34,513 bases of DNA from the NCBI GenBank assembly GCA_016283195.1, contig JAEEML010000009.1, positions 1 to 34,513 on the forward strand, read 5' to 3'. This stretch comes from Deltaproteobacteria bacterium (GTDB lineage: Bacteria; JAEEML01). The position numbers and the translations under genes are program-made. Positions 15,284 through 24,512 of the stretch are shown here, piece after piece (position 1 is the first letter of the stretch; each line of letters begins with the position of its first letter). The notes under the pieces are model-generated. The model searched no databases and was not told the DNA's origin. It saw only the letters and a list, made by a program, of their open reading frames with translations.

Positions 15284-16477
15284 TTAAAGGCGCTCTTCAT
15301 AAAAATCCAGGAAGTTAACCCGGCGATCCGAAACTTTGTATTCTATCACATCTTTAAAGCCGCGGCCTTCCCCGGAATGTTGATATGGGAAGGGGCGCAC
15401 ACACTCTACGCGCACGCTCTCGACCAGAAAATCTTTAACTTGGCGGAAATCGCGGAAAGAACCATCCCAAAAAGAACCCAGGCGGGCTAAAACATGGAAA
15501 GGACCAATACTGGCCAGACGCAAATTCATCATATCCGGCGAAATACCGGCAAAAGGATAAGCTCTAAGGCCATAACCGAAAAACGGCGTTGTCGCCACAC
15601 CGGCCATGGTGAGCGGCCCTTCGTATAAAAGCTCCCCTTGCTCAATGGGCATCAGGCGATCGCCGCGGCGCGGATCGACATAAAAGCAGCGCTTGCCGGT
15701 ATTATATACGCGCATTTCCACTGAAGAGCCGGAGCGCACCGCCCGGGGCAAAGTGCGCAAAAAAGCACCGGCAAAATAACCGGCCAGCGTTTTAAGCATG
15801 GGGCCGATGACAGGAGTAGAACCAAAGTTGTCTTTTACCCAATTATAATCATTTAAAACAACGGCATCATAGCCCTGGCCGCCAAAAAAGAAATACTCGC
15901 CATCGGCTTCAATCATGGGGATAGTTACAGTATTCGCCACTTTGCCCTCTAAAAGACGAGCAACATTTTTAACCGGATTACTGGTGCCCAAAACGCCGGA
16001 AAGGCCGTTGCCGGTGCCGAGTTTCAAAGCGCCGATGCGCGGAGCGGAAAGGAGCGGTTGCACTTCGCCGGTGCGCTCATAAACGCGCCGCCGCCAATCA
16101 TTGCTTTCATCAATATATTTATAAAGCATATTGATGAGGTTGGTGAGCGTGCCGTCACCACCGCCGCAAACCACGGTGCCATACCCCTGCTGGACAATCT
16201 CGCGCACAAAGTTGCCGGCTTCATCCAGCGAATGAGAAAAATAAACATGCTCTTTGCCCACCAGGCGCCACATGCGCTTAACTACGCTTTTGGTCACCCG
16301 CCGGGCATTAGCATTTAAAACCACGGCGATTTTTTCCGGATCGGGAATAGCCACAGGCAGACTTTCCGGCTCGGAGGCAAATTCTGTTAGTTTTGTATGA
16401 TCTATAGCTGCCATACCGTGCTCAGCGGGATCAGCAATCCAAAATAACTGGCTTTTAGACCTAGCTGTTTGTTCCAT
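15284..16477 (-). CDS. Diacylglycerol/lipid kinase family protein (YegS/BmrU/DAGKc-like)
   Basis: VLNANA, CGGGDGT, LGTGN, GYDA and FFGYG motifs. Confidence 0.82.
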   Translation of the reverse strand: MEQTARSKSQLFWIADPAEHGMAAIDHTKLTEFASEPESLPVAIPDPEKIAVVLNANARRVTKSVVKRMWRLVGKEHVYFSHSLDEAGNFVREIVQQGYGTVVCGGGDGTLTNLINMLYKYIDESNDWRRRVYERTGEVQPLLSAPRIGALKLGTGNGLSGVLGTSNPVKNVARLLEGKVANTVTIPMIEADGEYFFFGGQGYDAVVLNDYNWVKDNFGSTPVIGPMLKTLAGYFAGAFLRTLPRAVRSGSSVEMRVYNTGKRCFYVDPRRGDRLMPIEQGELLYEGPLTMAGVATTPFFGYGLRAYPFAGISPDMMNLRLASIGPFHVLARLGSFWDGSFRDFRQVKDFLVESVRVECVRPFPYQHSGEGRGFKDVIEYKVSDRRVNFLDFYEERL

Positions 16478-16588
16478 TTTTCACCTTTGGCTCCTCTAGC
16501 GGAGCAAGATAAAAAGGAGTTTACGCATTATGCGCTAAAAAGTGAATACTTTTTCGTAGTACTGACAAAAATGTCAGACTTTTATGTA

Positions 16589-17764
16589 TTAGTGGGAGAA
16601 ACGCCCGTAGCGGATAAAGGAGGGCATATCATCTCCCTCAAAGGCCAAACTTGATTGGTGAGTAGGTGTTGCAGAGGAAAGTGTGGTACTACCACCACGC
16701 TTGCCGGCACCTTCTTCCGCACTATGGCCGGGAGCAAAAAGCGAATTAATTTGAATATTTTTATTCTTTACTGTGGCCTGCACATAATCGTTATCGGAGT
16801 CCATATCGAGGTCATAGCCGCTGGCTATCACCGTAACTTTGAGATCATCACCCATGTTCGGGTCGGAAACCTTGCCAATCTTTACAATATGAGCTTCGGG
16901 ATCAACCAACTCCCGCACTTTCGCGCTAATATAACGAAACTCTGAACCAGACATTTTAGAGGCCGAAATATTAACCAATACTTTCATGGCCCCTTCCAGA
17001 GAAATATCGTCAAAAAGCGGGTTTTCAATAGCTTCTTGTAAGGCTTCCTGGGCTCTGTTCGGCCCACTCGCTACACCCTGGCCGATGAGAGCGCGTCCTT
17101 GATGCAGCAGAGTAGTCTGGACATCGGCAAAATCGGCATTAATCCGGCCAGGTATCGTAATAATCTCACTAATGCCGCGCACAGCATTAACAAGAATATC
17201 ATCCGAAACATCTAAAAGCACATCCATATCTTCATCTGGATCTTCAACTACCGAATAAACCTTTTCCAGGGGAATAACTATAATAGAATCCACAAATTCG
17301 CGTAAATTTTTAATACCGGTTTCGGCCTGTCTTTTACGCACAACACCTTCATCTTCAAAGGGCATGGTTACTACGGCTAAGGTAAGTGCCCCAAGTTCTT
17401 GAGCAATCTCGGCAATAATGGGAGCGGCGCCGGTACCAGTACCGCCGCCCATGCCACAAGTAACAAATATCATATTGGCACCAAATAGCTGCTCTTTAAT
17501 AGTTTCCCGCGCTTCTTCGGCAGCTTCGCGGCCAATTTGGGGGTTACAACCTGCCCCTAGGCCTTTGGCACATTTTTCACCTAATTGTATTTTATTGGGC
17601 GAAAGATTATTCTCTAAAGCCTGGATATCGGTATTGGCGGCAATAAATTCCAAATCCTGGACTCCGCTTTTTATCAAATTATTGACGGTATTTCCGCCGC
17701 AACCGCCGACGCCGATAACTTTAATTATCGTTTGGGCCCTGTTTTCATTTACATAGTTAATCAT
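16589..17764 (-). CDS. ftsZ: Cell division protein FtsZ (divergent)
   Basis: IKVIGVGG, NTD, GLGAG, GMGGGTGTGAAP, T7 loop INADFADV, VTVIASG, C-terminal DMPSFIR. Follows ftsA. Confidence 0.96.
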   Translation of the reverse strand: MINYVNENRAQTIIKVIGVGGCGGNTVNNLIKSGVQDLEFIAANTDIQALENNLSPNKIQLGEKCAKGLGAGCNPQIGREAAEEARETIKEQLFGANMIFVTCGMGGGTGTGAAPIIAEIAQELGALTLAVVTMPFEDEGVVRKRQAETGIKNLREFVDSIIVIPLEKVYSVVEDPDEDMDVLLDVSDDILVNAVRGISEIITIPGRINADFADVQTTLLHQGRALIGQGVASGPNRAQEALQEAIENPLFDDISLEGAMKVLVNISASKMSGSEFRYISAKVRELVDPEAHIVKIGKVSDPNMGDDLKVTVIASGYDLDMDSDNDYVQATVKNKNIQINSLFAPGHSAEEGAGKRGGSTTLSSATPTHQSSLAFEGDDMPSFIRYGRFSH

Positions 17765-17793
17765 TTTTCCGCTCCCCTCAGCAGCAATTATGA

Positions 17794-19032
17794 CTAGTGA
17801 AAATCCTTAAACAAACCAATTAATTGACTAAAAATACCGCCACCTCTGCTCCGGCTTACTCCAGGCTTACCCTGGCGGCTGAAAATTTGCTTCTCGGCAT
17901 AACGCAAAATACCCACGGAGGTAGAATAAATGGGGTTTAAAACCTCATTGGAGAGGCCACCTAAATCGGCTACATTGGGATAACCGATACGGGTCGCCGG
18001 GAGACCGATAATATTCTGGGCCATTTCGTCAATACCGGGTAATAAGCTGGTGCCCCCGGTCAGCACCAAACCGGAAGGTATTTTAGAGCCGGATTTTTCA
18101 AGCTCCGGCAAAATATGGCGGAAGAGGTCGTCCACTCGGTCCTGAATAATCTGGCACAAAAGTTCTTCGCTCTTTTTCTCCGGTGCCCGCCCGCCGATGC
18201 GCGGCACATCTATTAATTTATCTTTGCCGGCCATAGCCGCTATGGCTTTGCCATATTGATTTTTGAGCTCTTCGGCAGCCGAAAGGGGCGTTGAGAGCAC
18301 CTGGCTTATATCGTTGGTAATTTGGCTGCCGGCAATATCGACAACCGAGGTGTAAACCAGGCTGTTATTGGACCAAATGGCTATATCACTGGTGCCGCTG
18401 CCGATATCGACAAGCGCCACACCGAGTTCCTGTTCGTCTTTGGACAAAACGGCATAAGAAGAGGCCAGCTGCCCTAAAATGACATCTTGGACATTAAGGC
18501 CGCATTTTTCGCAGCAACGAATAATATTTTGCTCGGCCGCCCTGGAGCAGGAGACAATATAAACATTGGATTTCATCTTGAGCCCGCTCATGCCCAAGGG
18601 TTCTTTAATGCCATCTTGGCCGTCAATAATATAATCCTGCGGCAAAACATGAATAATATCGCGATCATCGGGCATATTTAGAGCTTTGGCGTTATCCAGC
18701 ACCCGCTCAATATCATCTTCGCACACTTCTTTATTTTTGAGCGTTACCTGGCCATCGGATTTATCGCCTCTGATATGGGTGCCGGTGATGCCCACATAAA
18801 CATCGTCTATTTTACAACCGCTGGAGTTTTCCGCCTCTTCAATAACCTGGTGGATGGAATCGACAGTGCTGGAAACATTTACCACCATCCCCTTGCGCAA
18901 ACCGTCGGCCGGCACACTGCCAAAACCACGGATATTTTGCAAAACGCCGTTTTCATTTATTTCACCCACAAGAGCGCAAACTTTGCTGGTGCCAATATCA
19001 AGTCCCACAATAATTTCTGACTGTCTGGGCAT
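17794..19032 (-). CDS. ftsA: Cell division protein FtsA
   Basis: VGLDIGTSKV, EPLGMSG, VDIGSGTSDI, AEELK, LTGGTSLL, and a C-terminal amphipathic helix IFSQLIGLFKDF. Confidence 0.96.
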   Translation of the reverse strand: MPRQSEIIVGLDIGTSKVCALVGEINENGVLQNIRGFGSVPADGLRKGMVVNVSSTVDSIHQVIEEAENSSGCKIDDVYVGITGTHIRGDKSDGQVTLKNKEVCEDDIERVLDNAKALNMPDDRDIIHVLPQDYIIDGQDGIKEPLGMSGLKMKSNVYIVSCSRAAEQNIIRCCEKCGLNVQDVILGQLASSYAVLSKDEQELGVALVDIGSGTSDIAIWSNNSLVYTSVVDIAGSQITNDISQVLSTPLSAAEELKNQYGKAIAAMAGKDKLIDVPRIGGRAPEKKSEELLCQIIQDRVDDLFRHILPELEKSGSKIPSGLVLTGGTSLLPGIDEMAQNIIGLPATRIGYPNVADLGGLSNEVLNPIYSTSVGILRYAEKQIFSRQGKPGVSRSRGGGIFSQLIGLFKDFH

Positions 19033-19053
19033 TGAAATTCTCCTTATTAAACA

Positions 19054-19917
19054 TTATCTGCCAGCCAACTTGGCTACCACCAGTTGACGCTGTTTATCAT
19101 TATCCAAATAGAGTATCCGCGCTTTTTTCGACTGCTGTTTTAAAGTAGCTAATACCCTGGCCGCCCTATCTAATTTATCATTATAGTTGCCATATCCCAG
19201 GTTAATTCTTAAAGGCCCGGGAGCAAATTCCACCTCTATACCGGAAAAAGTGTTACAATGCACCTCTTCAATTTTATAACCTTTAAAGGCCGCGCTGTTT
19301 TTTATCAAGGCCATAGTATTAAAAGCGAGTTTTACCAGCGATTCGGCATCCTCTTTATGGCTCATAAAAAACTGCTTTTCTATACCGGTAATAAGCGGAA
19401 AGTTATTTGCAGCGGAAAGGGGGGCCGCCACAAAGGGAAAACCTTCGTCATCAACAAAATAGAGTTTTTCCAAGGCTATCACGGCCATTGGCGTCCGCTC
19501 GCTTATCTCTATTAACATCCGATCGGGTAATTGCCTCTGCACATTAACATCCCTAATCCAAGGATGAGCCGCCAGTTTAGCAGCTATAGCGGCCGGGTCA
19601 AGCTCCAAAATAGGGGTGCCCTTTTTTATCATACCTGTTGTAAGTACTTCTTTTTCGCTAAGTTCTTTATTGCCTACAATATGTACGGTTTTAAGCATGA
19701 GTTTTGGCGATTTCACCATTTTCTCATAGCCTTTTAACGACAGAATAAAGAGCGCTACAGCGGCGCAAATAACCAGCGTAACAGTGGTAACGACGCGCAA
19801 AAGGTGGTGGGCCTGGCTAAGGCGCACCAGGCGCTCTTCGTTACTACTAGGCAGACGGCGATTACCTGTGGTGCGTCTTCTAAAACCGTCTTTATTTTTA
19901 TTTGCTCTACCAGCCAT
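19054..19917 (-). CDS. ftsQ: Cell division protein FtsQ/DivIB
   Basis: Basic N-terminus, single TM, POTRA motif HPWIRDVNVQRQLPD...ERTP, P.ITG. Located between ddl and ftsA. Confidence 0.9.
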   Translation of the reverse strand: MAGRANKNKDGFRRRTTGNRRLPSSNEERLVRLSQAHHLLRVVTTVTLVICAAVALFILSLKGYEKMVKSPKLMLKTVHIVGNKELSEKEVLTTGMIKKGTPILELDPAAIAAKLAAHPWIRDVNVQRQLPDRMLIEISERTPMAVIALEKLYFVDDEGFPFVAAPLSAANNFPLITGIEKQFFMSHKEDAESLVKLAFNTMALIKNSAAFKGYKIEEVHCNTFSGIEVEFAPGPLRINLGYGNYNDKLDRAARVLATLKQQSKKARILYLDNDKQRQLVVAKLAGR

Positions 19918-19955
19918 AGCGCTTTTTATTCCTAATTCACCGTTAATGCTTAAAA

Positions 19956-20906
19956 CTAGCCTTTATCCTTTAAATTATGAGCCGCAAGTAATATTTCTTC
20001 GCATAAATCGGCAAAAGTAAGCCCGGCATAAGATGCCATTTTGGGCAATAAACTGGCCGCTGTCATACCGGGCAGCGAGTTCATCTCCAAAATATATATA
20101 CCTTTTTCCGCTGTAGCATTTTCTTCCACAATAAGATCCGCCCTGGCCGCTCCGCTACAACGGAGCACTTTATAGGCTCTCTCGGCCAGGTGCAAGACCT
20201 TGGCGTTTAATTCATCACTTATGGGTGCCGGCACAATATAGCGATTTTCGTGACATTCATATTTGGCTTCGTAATCATAAAAAGCGCTTTTGGCTACGGC
20301 TATTTCCAAAGTGGCCAGCGCTTTGCCGTTAAGGACACCGGAGGTAATCTCCTTGCCGGCGATGAATTTTTCCACATGGATTACCTGGTCATATTTAAAG
20401 GCTTCGGCAATAGCAGCCGGGAGATCTTTGGCCTCTTTGACAATTGTCACCCCAAAACTTGAACCCTCACTGTTGGGCTTTACCACCACCGGGAAGCCAA
20501 AGGGGAGCTCCGGCACTTTTTCGCCTTTATTGAGCACAATATGCGGCACAATGGGCAGGCCGGCGGCGGCAAAGAGAATTTTGGCTGTCTCTTTATCCAT
20601 AGCGGCGGCACTGGAGAGCACATCACTGCCGCTATAGGGGATGCCCATGACTTCCAATAGGCCCTGCACGCAGCCGTCTTCGCCATAGCGGCCATGAAGG
20701 GCCAAAAAGGCCACATCGATTTTTTTGGCCGCAAGCTGGGCGGCCAAATCCGGCCCCACATCTATGAGCTCCACATTGTAACCCTTCTCTTTTAAAGCGT
20801 TAAAGCAGGCCTCGCCGCTATTTAGAGAAACCGGGCGCTCGCTCGACATACCGCCATAGAGAACAGCCACCTTTTTTTGTTTCATGCTATCTTTAGTAAA
20901 AACCAT
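19956..20906 (-). CDS. ddl: D-alanine--D-alanine ligase
   Basis: GGMSSERPVSL, LHGRYGEDG, EGSSFG, FYDYEAKY (Tyr, D-Ala-D-Ala type) and LEMNSLPGMT. Start is 20906 or 20918. Confidence 0.96.
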   Translation of the reverse strand: MVFTKDSMKQKKVAVLYGGMSSERPVSLNSGEACFNALKEKGYNVELIDVGPDLAAQLAAKKIDVAFLALHGRYGEDGCVQGLLEVMGIPYSGSDVLSSAAAMDKETAKILFAAAGLPIVPHIVLNKGEKVPELPFGFPVVVKPNSEGSSFGVTIVKEAKDLPAAIAEAFKYDQVIHVEKFIAGKEITSGVLNGKALATLEIAVAKSAFYDYEAKYECHENRYIVPAPISDELNAKVLHLAERAYKVLRCSGAARADLIVEENATAEKGIYILEMNSLPGMTAASLLPKMASYAGLTFADLCEEILLAAHNLKDKG

Positions 20907-20907
20907 T

Positions 20908-22296
20908 TTATCCCTCATTTCGGCCGGCCTCTTTTAAGAGCGCCTCGCCTACGGTAAACAAGTTACCCGCCCCCAGAGTTAAAAATATATCACCGGGTTT
21001 AAGATCACTTATAAGTTGCTTTTTTAGCTCTACAAAATTGCTGGTATAATGCACATGGCTCTGCCCGCTATTTTGCACCGCTTTAAATAAAAGCTCCCCG
21101 CTAACACCGGCAATGGGCTCTTCACCGGCACTATATACATCGGTTAAATAAAGTTCATCGGCCGCCATAAAAGCTGTCGAAAACTCCTTTAAAAGCGCCT
21201 TGGTGCGGCTATAGCGATGGGGCTGAAAAGCCACCACCAAACGCCGCCCGGCAGTAGCCTCTTTTAAAGCGCTTAATGTTGTCTTTATTTCTGTCGGGTG
21301 GTGGCCATAATCGTCGATAACGGTTACGCCGGCTACTTCGCCTTTTAATTCCAGACGCCGGCCGACTCCGTGATAGTTTGCAAAAACTTCTTTAATAACG
21401 CCTGGTTTTACACCAAGTTCATGGGCTACGGCAATAGCGGCCAAGCTATTTAAAACATTATGACGCCCTAAAAGGTGCAAATCTATAGTCGCGCATTTTT
21501 GGCCATTATGCCAGAGGTCATAGCGCATAAGGCCCTCTTCCAGGCGGATATTAGCGGCCCGCCACATGGCCTTTTCACTAAAGCCATAGGTGATGACCGG
21601 ACGCGTAAGTTCAGGAATAAGCCCTGCTACTTCCGCATCATCCAAGCAGGCAATAACCCGCCCGTAAAAAGGCACTTTTTGGGCAAATTCTTTAAAAGCG
21701 GCGCGAATTTCGCTAAGGCCGCCGGTGTAATGGTCGAGGTGGTCGGCCTCAATATTGGAAATAACGGCAAAAGTGGGAAAAAGGCGCAAAAATGAGCCAT
21801 CGCTCTCATCGGCTTCGGCCACCAAATATTCGCCGGCGCCATAACGGCCGTTGGTGCCCAAATCGCGCACAATACCGCCCACAATGGCCAGCGGGTCGCA
21901 CCCGGCTTTTACCAGTAATGTGCTGATGAGCGAGGTAATAGTGGTTTTACCGTGCGTGCCGGCCACACAAATGCCGTATTTATAGCGCATGAGATCGGCG
22001 AGGATTTCGCTCCGATGCACAATGGGAATATTTTGCTCTTTAGCGGCCAGTACTTCGGGATTTTTACTATTTAGCGCACTGGTCACCACCAGCACATCGG
22101 CGCCTTTTACCTGCTCTTTGGCATGGCCTTCATAAATAGTAGCCCCAAGAGCGCGCAAACGGGTAACCGTCCCGCTGATATTGAGATCACTGCCGGTCAC
22201 AATAAAGCCCTCTTTTATAAGCACTTCGGCAATAGCACTCATCCCGATGCCGCCGATTCCCACAAAATGGACTCTTTTGACCAAACCTCTAAACAT
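20908..22296 (-). CDS. murC: UDP-N-acetylmuramate--L-alanine ligase
   Basis: HFVGIGGIGMS, GTHGKTT, EADESDGSF, DDYGHHPTE and FQPHRYSR. Start set to ATG 22296, overlapping the murG stop. Confidence 0.97.
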   Translation of the reverse strand: MFRGLVKRVHFVGIGGIGMSAIAEVLIKEGFIVTGSDLNISGTVTRLRALGATIYEGHAKEQVKGADVLVVTSALNSKNPEVLAAKEQNIPIVHRSEILADLMRYKYGICVAGTHGKTTITSLISTLLVKAGCDPLAIVGGIVRDLGTNGRYGAGEYLVAEADESDGSFLRLFPTFAVISNIEADHLDHYTGGLSEIRAAFKEFAQKVPFYGRVIACLDDAEVAGLIPELTRPVITYGFSEKAMWRAANIRLEEGLMRYDLWHNGQKCATIDLHLLGRHNVLNSLAAIAVAHELGVKPGVIKEVFANYHGVGRRLELKGEVAGVTVIDDYGHHPTEIKTTLSALKEATAGRRLVVAFQPHRYSRTKALLKEFSTAFMAADELYLTDVYSAGEEPIAGVSGELLFKAVQNSGQSHVHYTSNFVELKKQLISDLKPGDIFLTLGAGNLFTVGEALLKEAGRNEG

Positions 22297-23404
22297 CGGC
22301 TTTTTCCTCTTTGGCGCCGGTCCCACTTTGGCGGCCGGAAAGAGTTATAAGAGCAGCGGCAATCTGCGCAGCGGCATTTACTTTGCCGAGTTCACGGGCT
22401 TTTTGAGCCATGTCTTTAAGAGCTGCCGGGTGAGCGGCCAAATCGCTCACTTTTTGGCTGAGTAAAGCCGGCGTTGTCACTTTTTGCTCCATTATGATGG
22501 CCGCCCCATAATTGGCCAGATATTTGGCATTAAAAAACTGATGATTATCGCTGGCATAGGGGAAAGGTATCAAAATAGCCGGCCGGCCGATAGCCGCTAT
22601 CTCGGAAATGGTCATAGCGCCGGCGCGGGCAATAATGAGGTGTGCACCGGCGTATCTTTCGGCCATTCTGGTATCAAAAGCAAAGACCTCGGCCGCTATT
22701 CCAGCCGCGCTATAAGCTGCTTGCAGAGTTTCCACATCGCTCTTGCCGGCCTGGTGGACAATTTTAAGGCCTTTTATCTCCTTTAAAGCTGGCGCGGCAT
22801 CAGCCAAAAGTTCGTTTATGGCATGAGCACCTTGGGAACCACCGGCCACCAAAAGGTTAAATTCCTCCTTAGGCTCCTCATAGATCTTTTCCCGGGCGGC
22901 AATAATTTCACTGCGCACCGGATTGCCCAAACAGCGCACTTTTTTCACCGGGAAGCGCTGTGTGGGCATACCGGTATAAATCTCACGCACTAATTTGCTC
23001 AAAATGCGGTTAGTTAGGCCGGGGAAGGAATTTTGCTCCATAATAGCGGTGGGAACACCTTTGAGCCAGGCGGCTAAAACAATGGGCCCGGCAGCATAAC
23101 CGCCAACACCGATAACGGCTATGGGCCGTTTTTCTTTAATCAGCTTTAAACTGGCAAAAAGCGCCTTAGGCAGAGCAAAAAGCGCTTTTATGGTATTTTT
23201 TAGGCCCACTCTTTTTAAAGGGCGCACCGGGAGGTTATGAAGTTTAAAGCCCGCTTCCGGCACCAAAGTGGCTTCCATGCCGGCAGCTGTGCCCACAAAT
23301 TCTACAGTTAAATCCGCATTATCGCCTACAAGTTGCCGCGCCACTGCCAAAGCCGGCATCACATGGCCGCCGGTGCCGCCGCCAGCTATAAAAATAGTAT
23401 CCAT
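22289..23404 (-). CDS. murG: Lipid II N-acetylglucosaminyltransferase MurG
   Basis: AGGGTGGH, GGY, EQNSFPG, GNPVR, GGSQGA and HQFFNA. Confidence 0.97.
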   Translation of the reverse strand: MDTIFIAGGGTGGHVMPALAVARQLVGDNADLTVEFVGTAAGMEATLVPEAGFKLHNLPVRPLKRVGLKNTIKALFALPKALFASLKLIKEKRPIAVIGVGGYAAGPIVLAAWLKGVPTAIMEQNSFPGLTNRILSKLVREIYTGMPTQRFPVKKVRCLGNPVRSEIIAAREKIYEEPKEEFNLLVAGGSQGAHAINELLADAAPALKEIKGLKIVHQAGKSDVETLQAAYSAAGIAAEVFAFDTRMAERYAGAHLIIARAGAMTISEIAAIGRPAILIPFPYASDNHQFFNAKYLANYGAAIIMEQKVTTPALLSQKVSDLAAHPAALKDMAQKARELGKVNAAAQIAAALITLSGRQSGTGAKEEKADV

Positions 23405-23405
23405 C

Positions 23406-24512
23406 TTAAGCCTCTTCCGCTTGCCGGGCCAAACTCAGTAACAAACCGGTGGCGGCCAGCGAAACAATCAAATTACTGCCCCCGTAACTTATAAAAGGCA
23501 ATGTCAGGCCTTTATTGGGCAAAACACCGGTTACCACACAAATATTGGTAACCGCCGTGGTAACAATCATGAAAGTGATTCCAAAAGCCAGGTATTTGGC
23601 AAAATTATCTTGTAATTTAAAGGCAATACGCAAACCGATAACGCCAAAGCTCACAAAGGCCAGCACAATAAACAAAAGGCCGATGAGCCCCAATTCTTCG
23701 CCCACAATACTTAAAATAAAATCAGTGTGATTTTCCGGCAAAAAGAAGAGCTTTTGCTTACTCTCCCCAAGCCCCAGGCCAAAAACACCGCCGGAGCCCA
23801 TGGAGATAAGTGATTGCACCGTTTGGTAGCCAAGGTCCTGTCTGAAAGACCAGGGATCAAGCCAGGCCAAAACGCGTTTTAGGCGGTAATCTTTTCTAAT
23901 TATCAAAATATAGGCTATAGGCACCAGAGCCATTAAAAGCACCACTAAATAGCGCCATTTTAAGCCGGCCGAGACCAAAAGCGCGATAATAAAAATTTCC
24001 ATCAATACAGCGGTGCCAAAATCGCGCTCGGCGAGAACCAGCACCACCGGCACATGAGCAATAACAAAAACCGGGAGCAAACCGGGTTTTTCATCTTTAT
24101 TATCGGCCCTTTTACCCAAAAGGAAAGAGAGATACAAAACTAAAGATAGCTTGGCAAATTCGGATGGCTGAAAGCCAAAAGAGCCAAAATTTATCCAGCG
24201 ACGGGCGCCGTTGGCCTCTTTACCGATGCCGGGAATCAGTACCAAAAGCAAAGTAATAAGCGTAACGGTAAAAAGCGGCCAAGCCAATTTTTTCACCTGA
24301 GCGCTATCGAGTAAAGAGGCTATGAGCATAGCGATAAGGCCGAGAGACACCCAAATCAGCTGCCGGGTGAGAAAATGCTGCGGATCGTTAAAATCACGCG
24401 CCGCTTTGGCCACGCTGGAAGAGTAAACCATCACCACGCCCAAGGCCACGAGGGCCATGGTCACCCAGCTTAAGAGTATATAGGCGGGGATATGTTGATG
24501 TTCTCTATCCAT
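23406..24512 (-). CDS. ftsW: SEDS peptidoglycan polymerase FtsW
   Basis: GARRWI, QPSEFAK, DFGT, FLPENHTDFI, GLTLPFISYGGS. Confidence 0.96.
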   Translation of the reverse strand: MDREHQHIPAYILLSWVTMALVALGVVMVYSSSVAKAARDFNDPQHFLTRQLIWVSLGLIAMLIASLLDSAQVKKLAWPLFTVTLITLLLVLIPGIGKEANGARRWINFGSFGFQPSEFAKLSLVLYLSFLLGKRADNKDEKPGLLPVFVIAHVPVVLVLAERDFGTAVLMEIFIIALLVSAGLKWRYLVVLLMALVPIAYILIIRKDYRLKRVLAWLDPWSFRQDLGYQTVQSLISMGSGGVFGLGLGESKQKLFFLPENHTDFILSIVGEELGLIGLLFIVLAFVSFGVIGLRIAFKLQDNFAKYLAFGITFMIVTTAVTNICVVTGVLPNKGLTLPFISYGGSNLIVSLAATGLLLSLARQAEEA

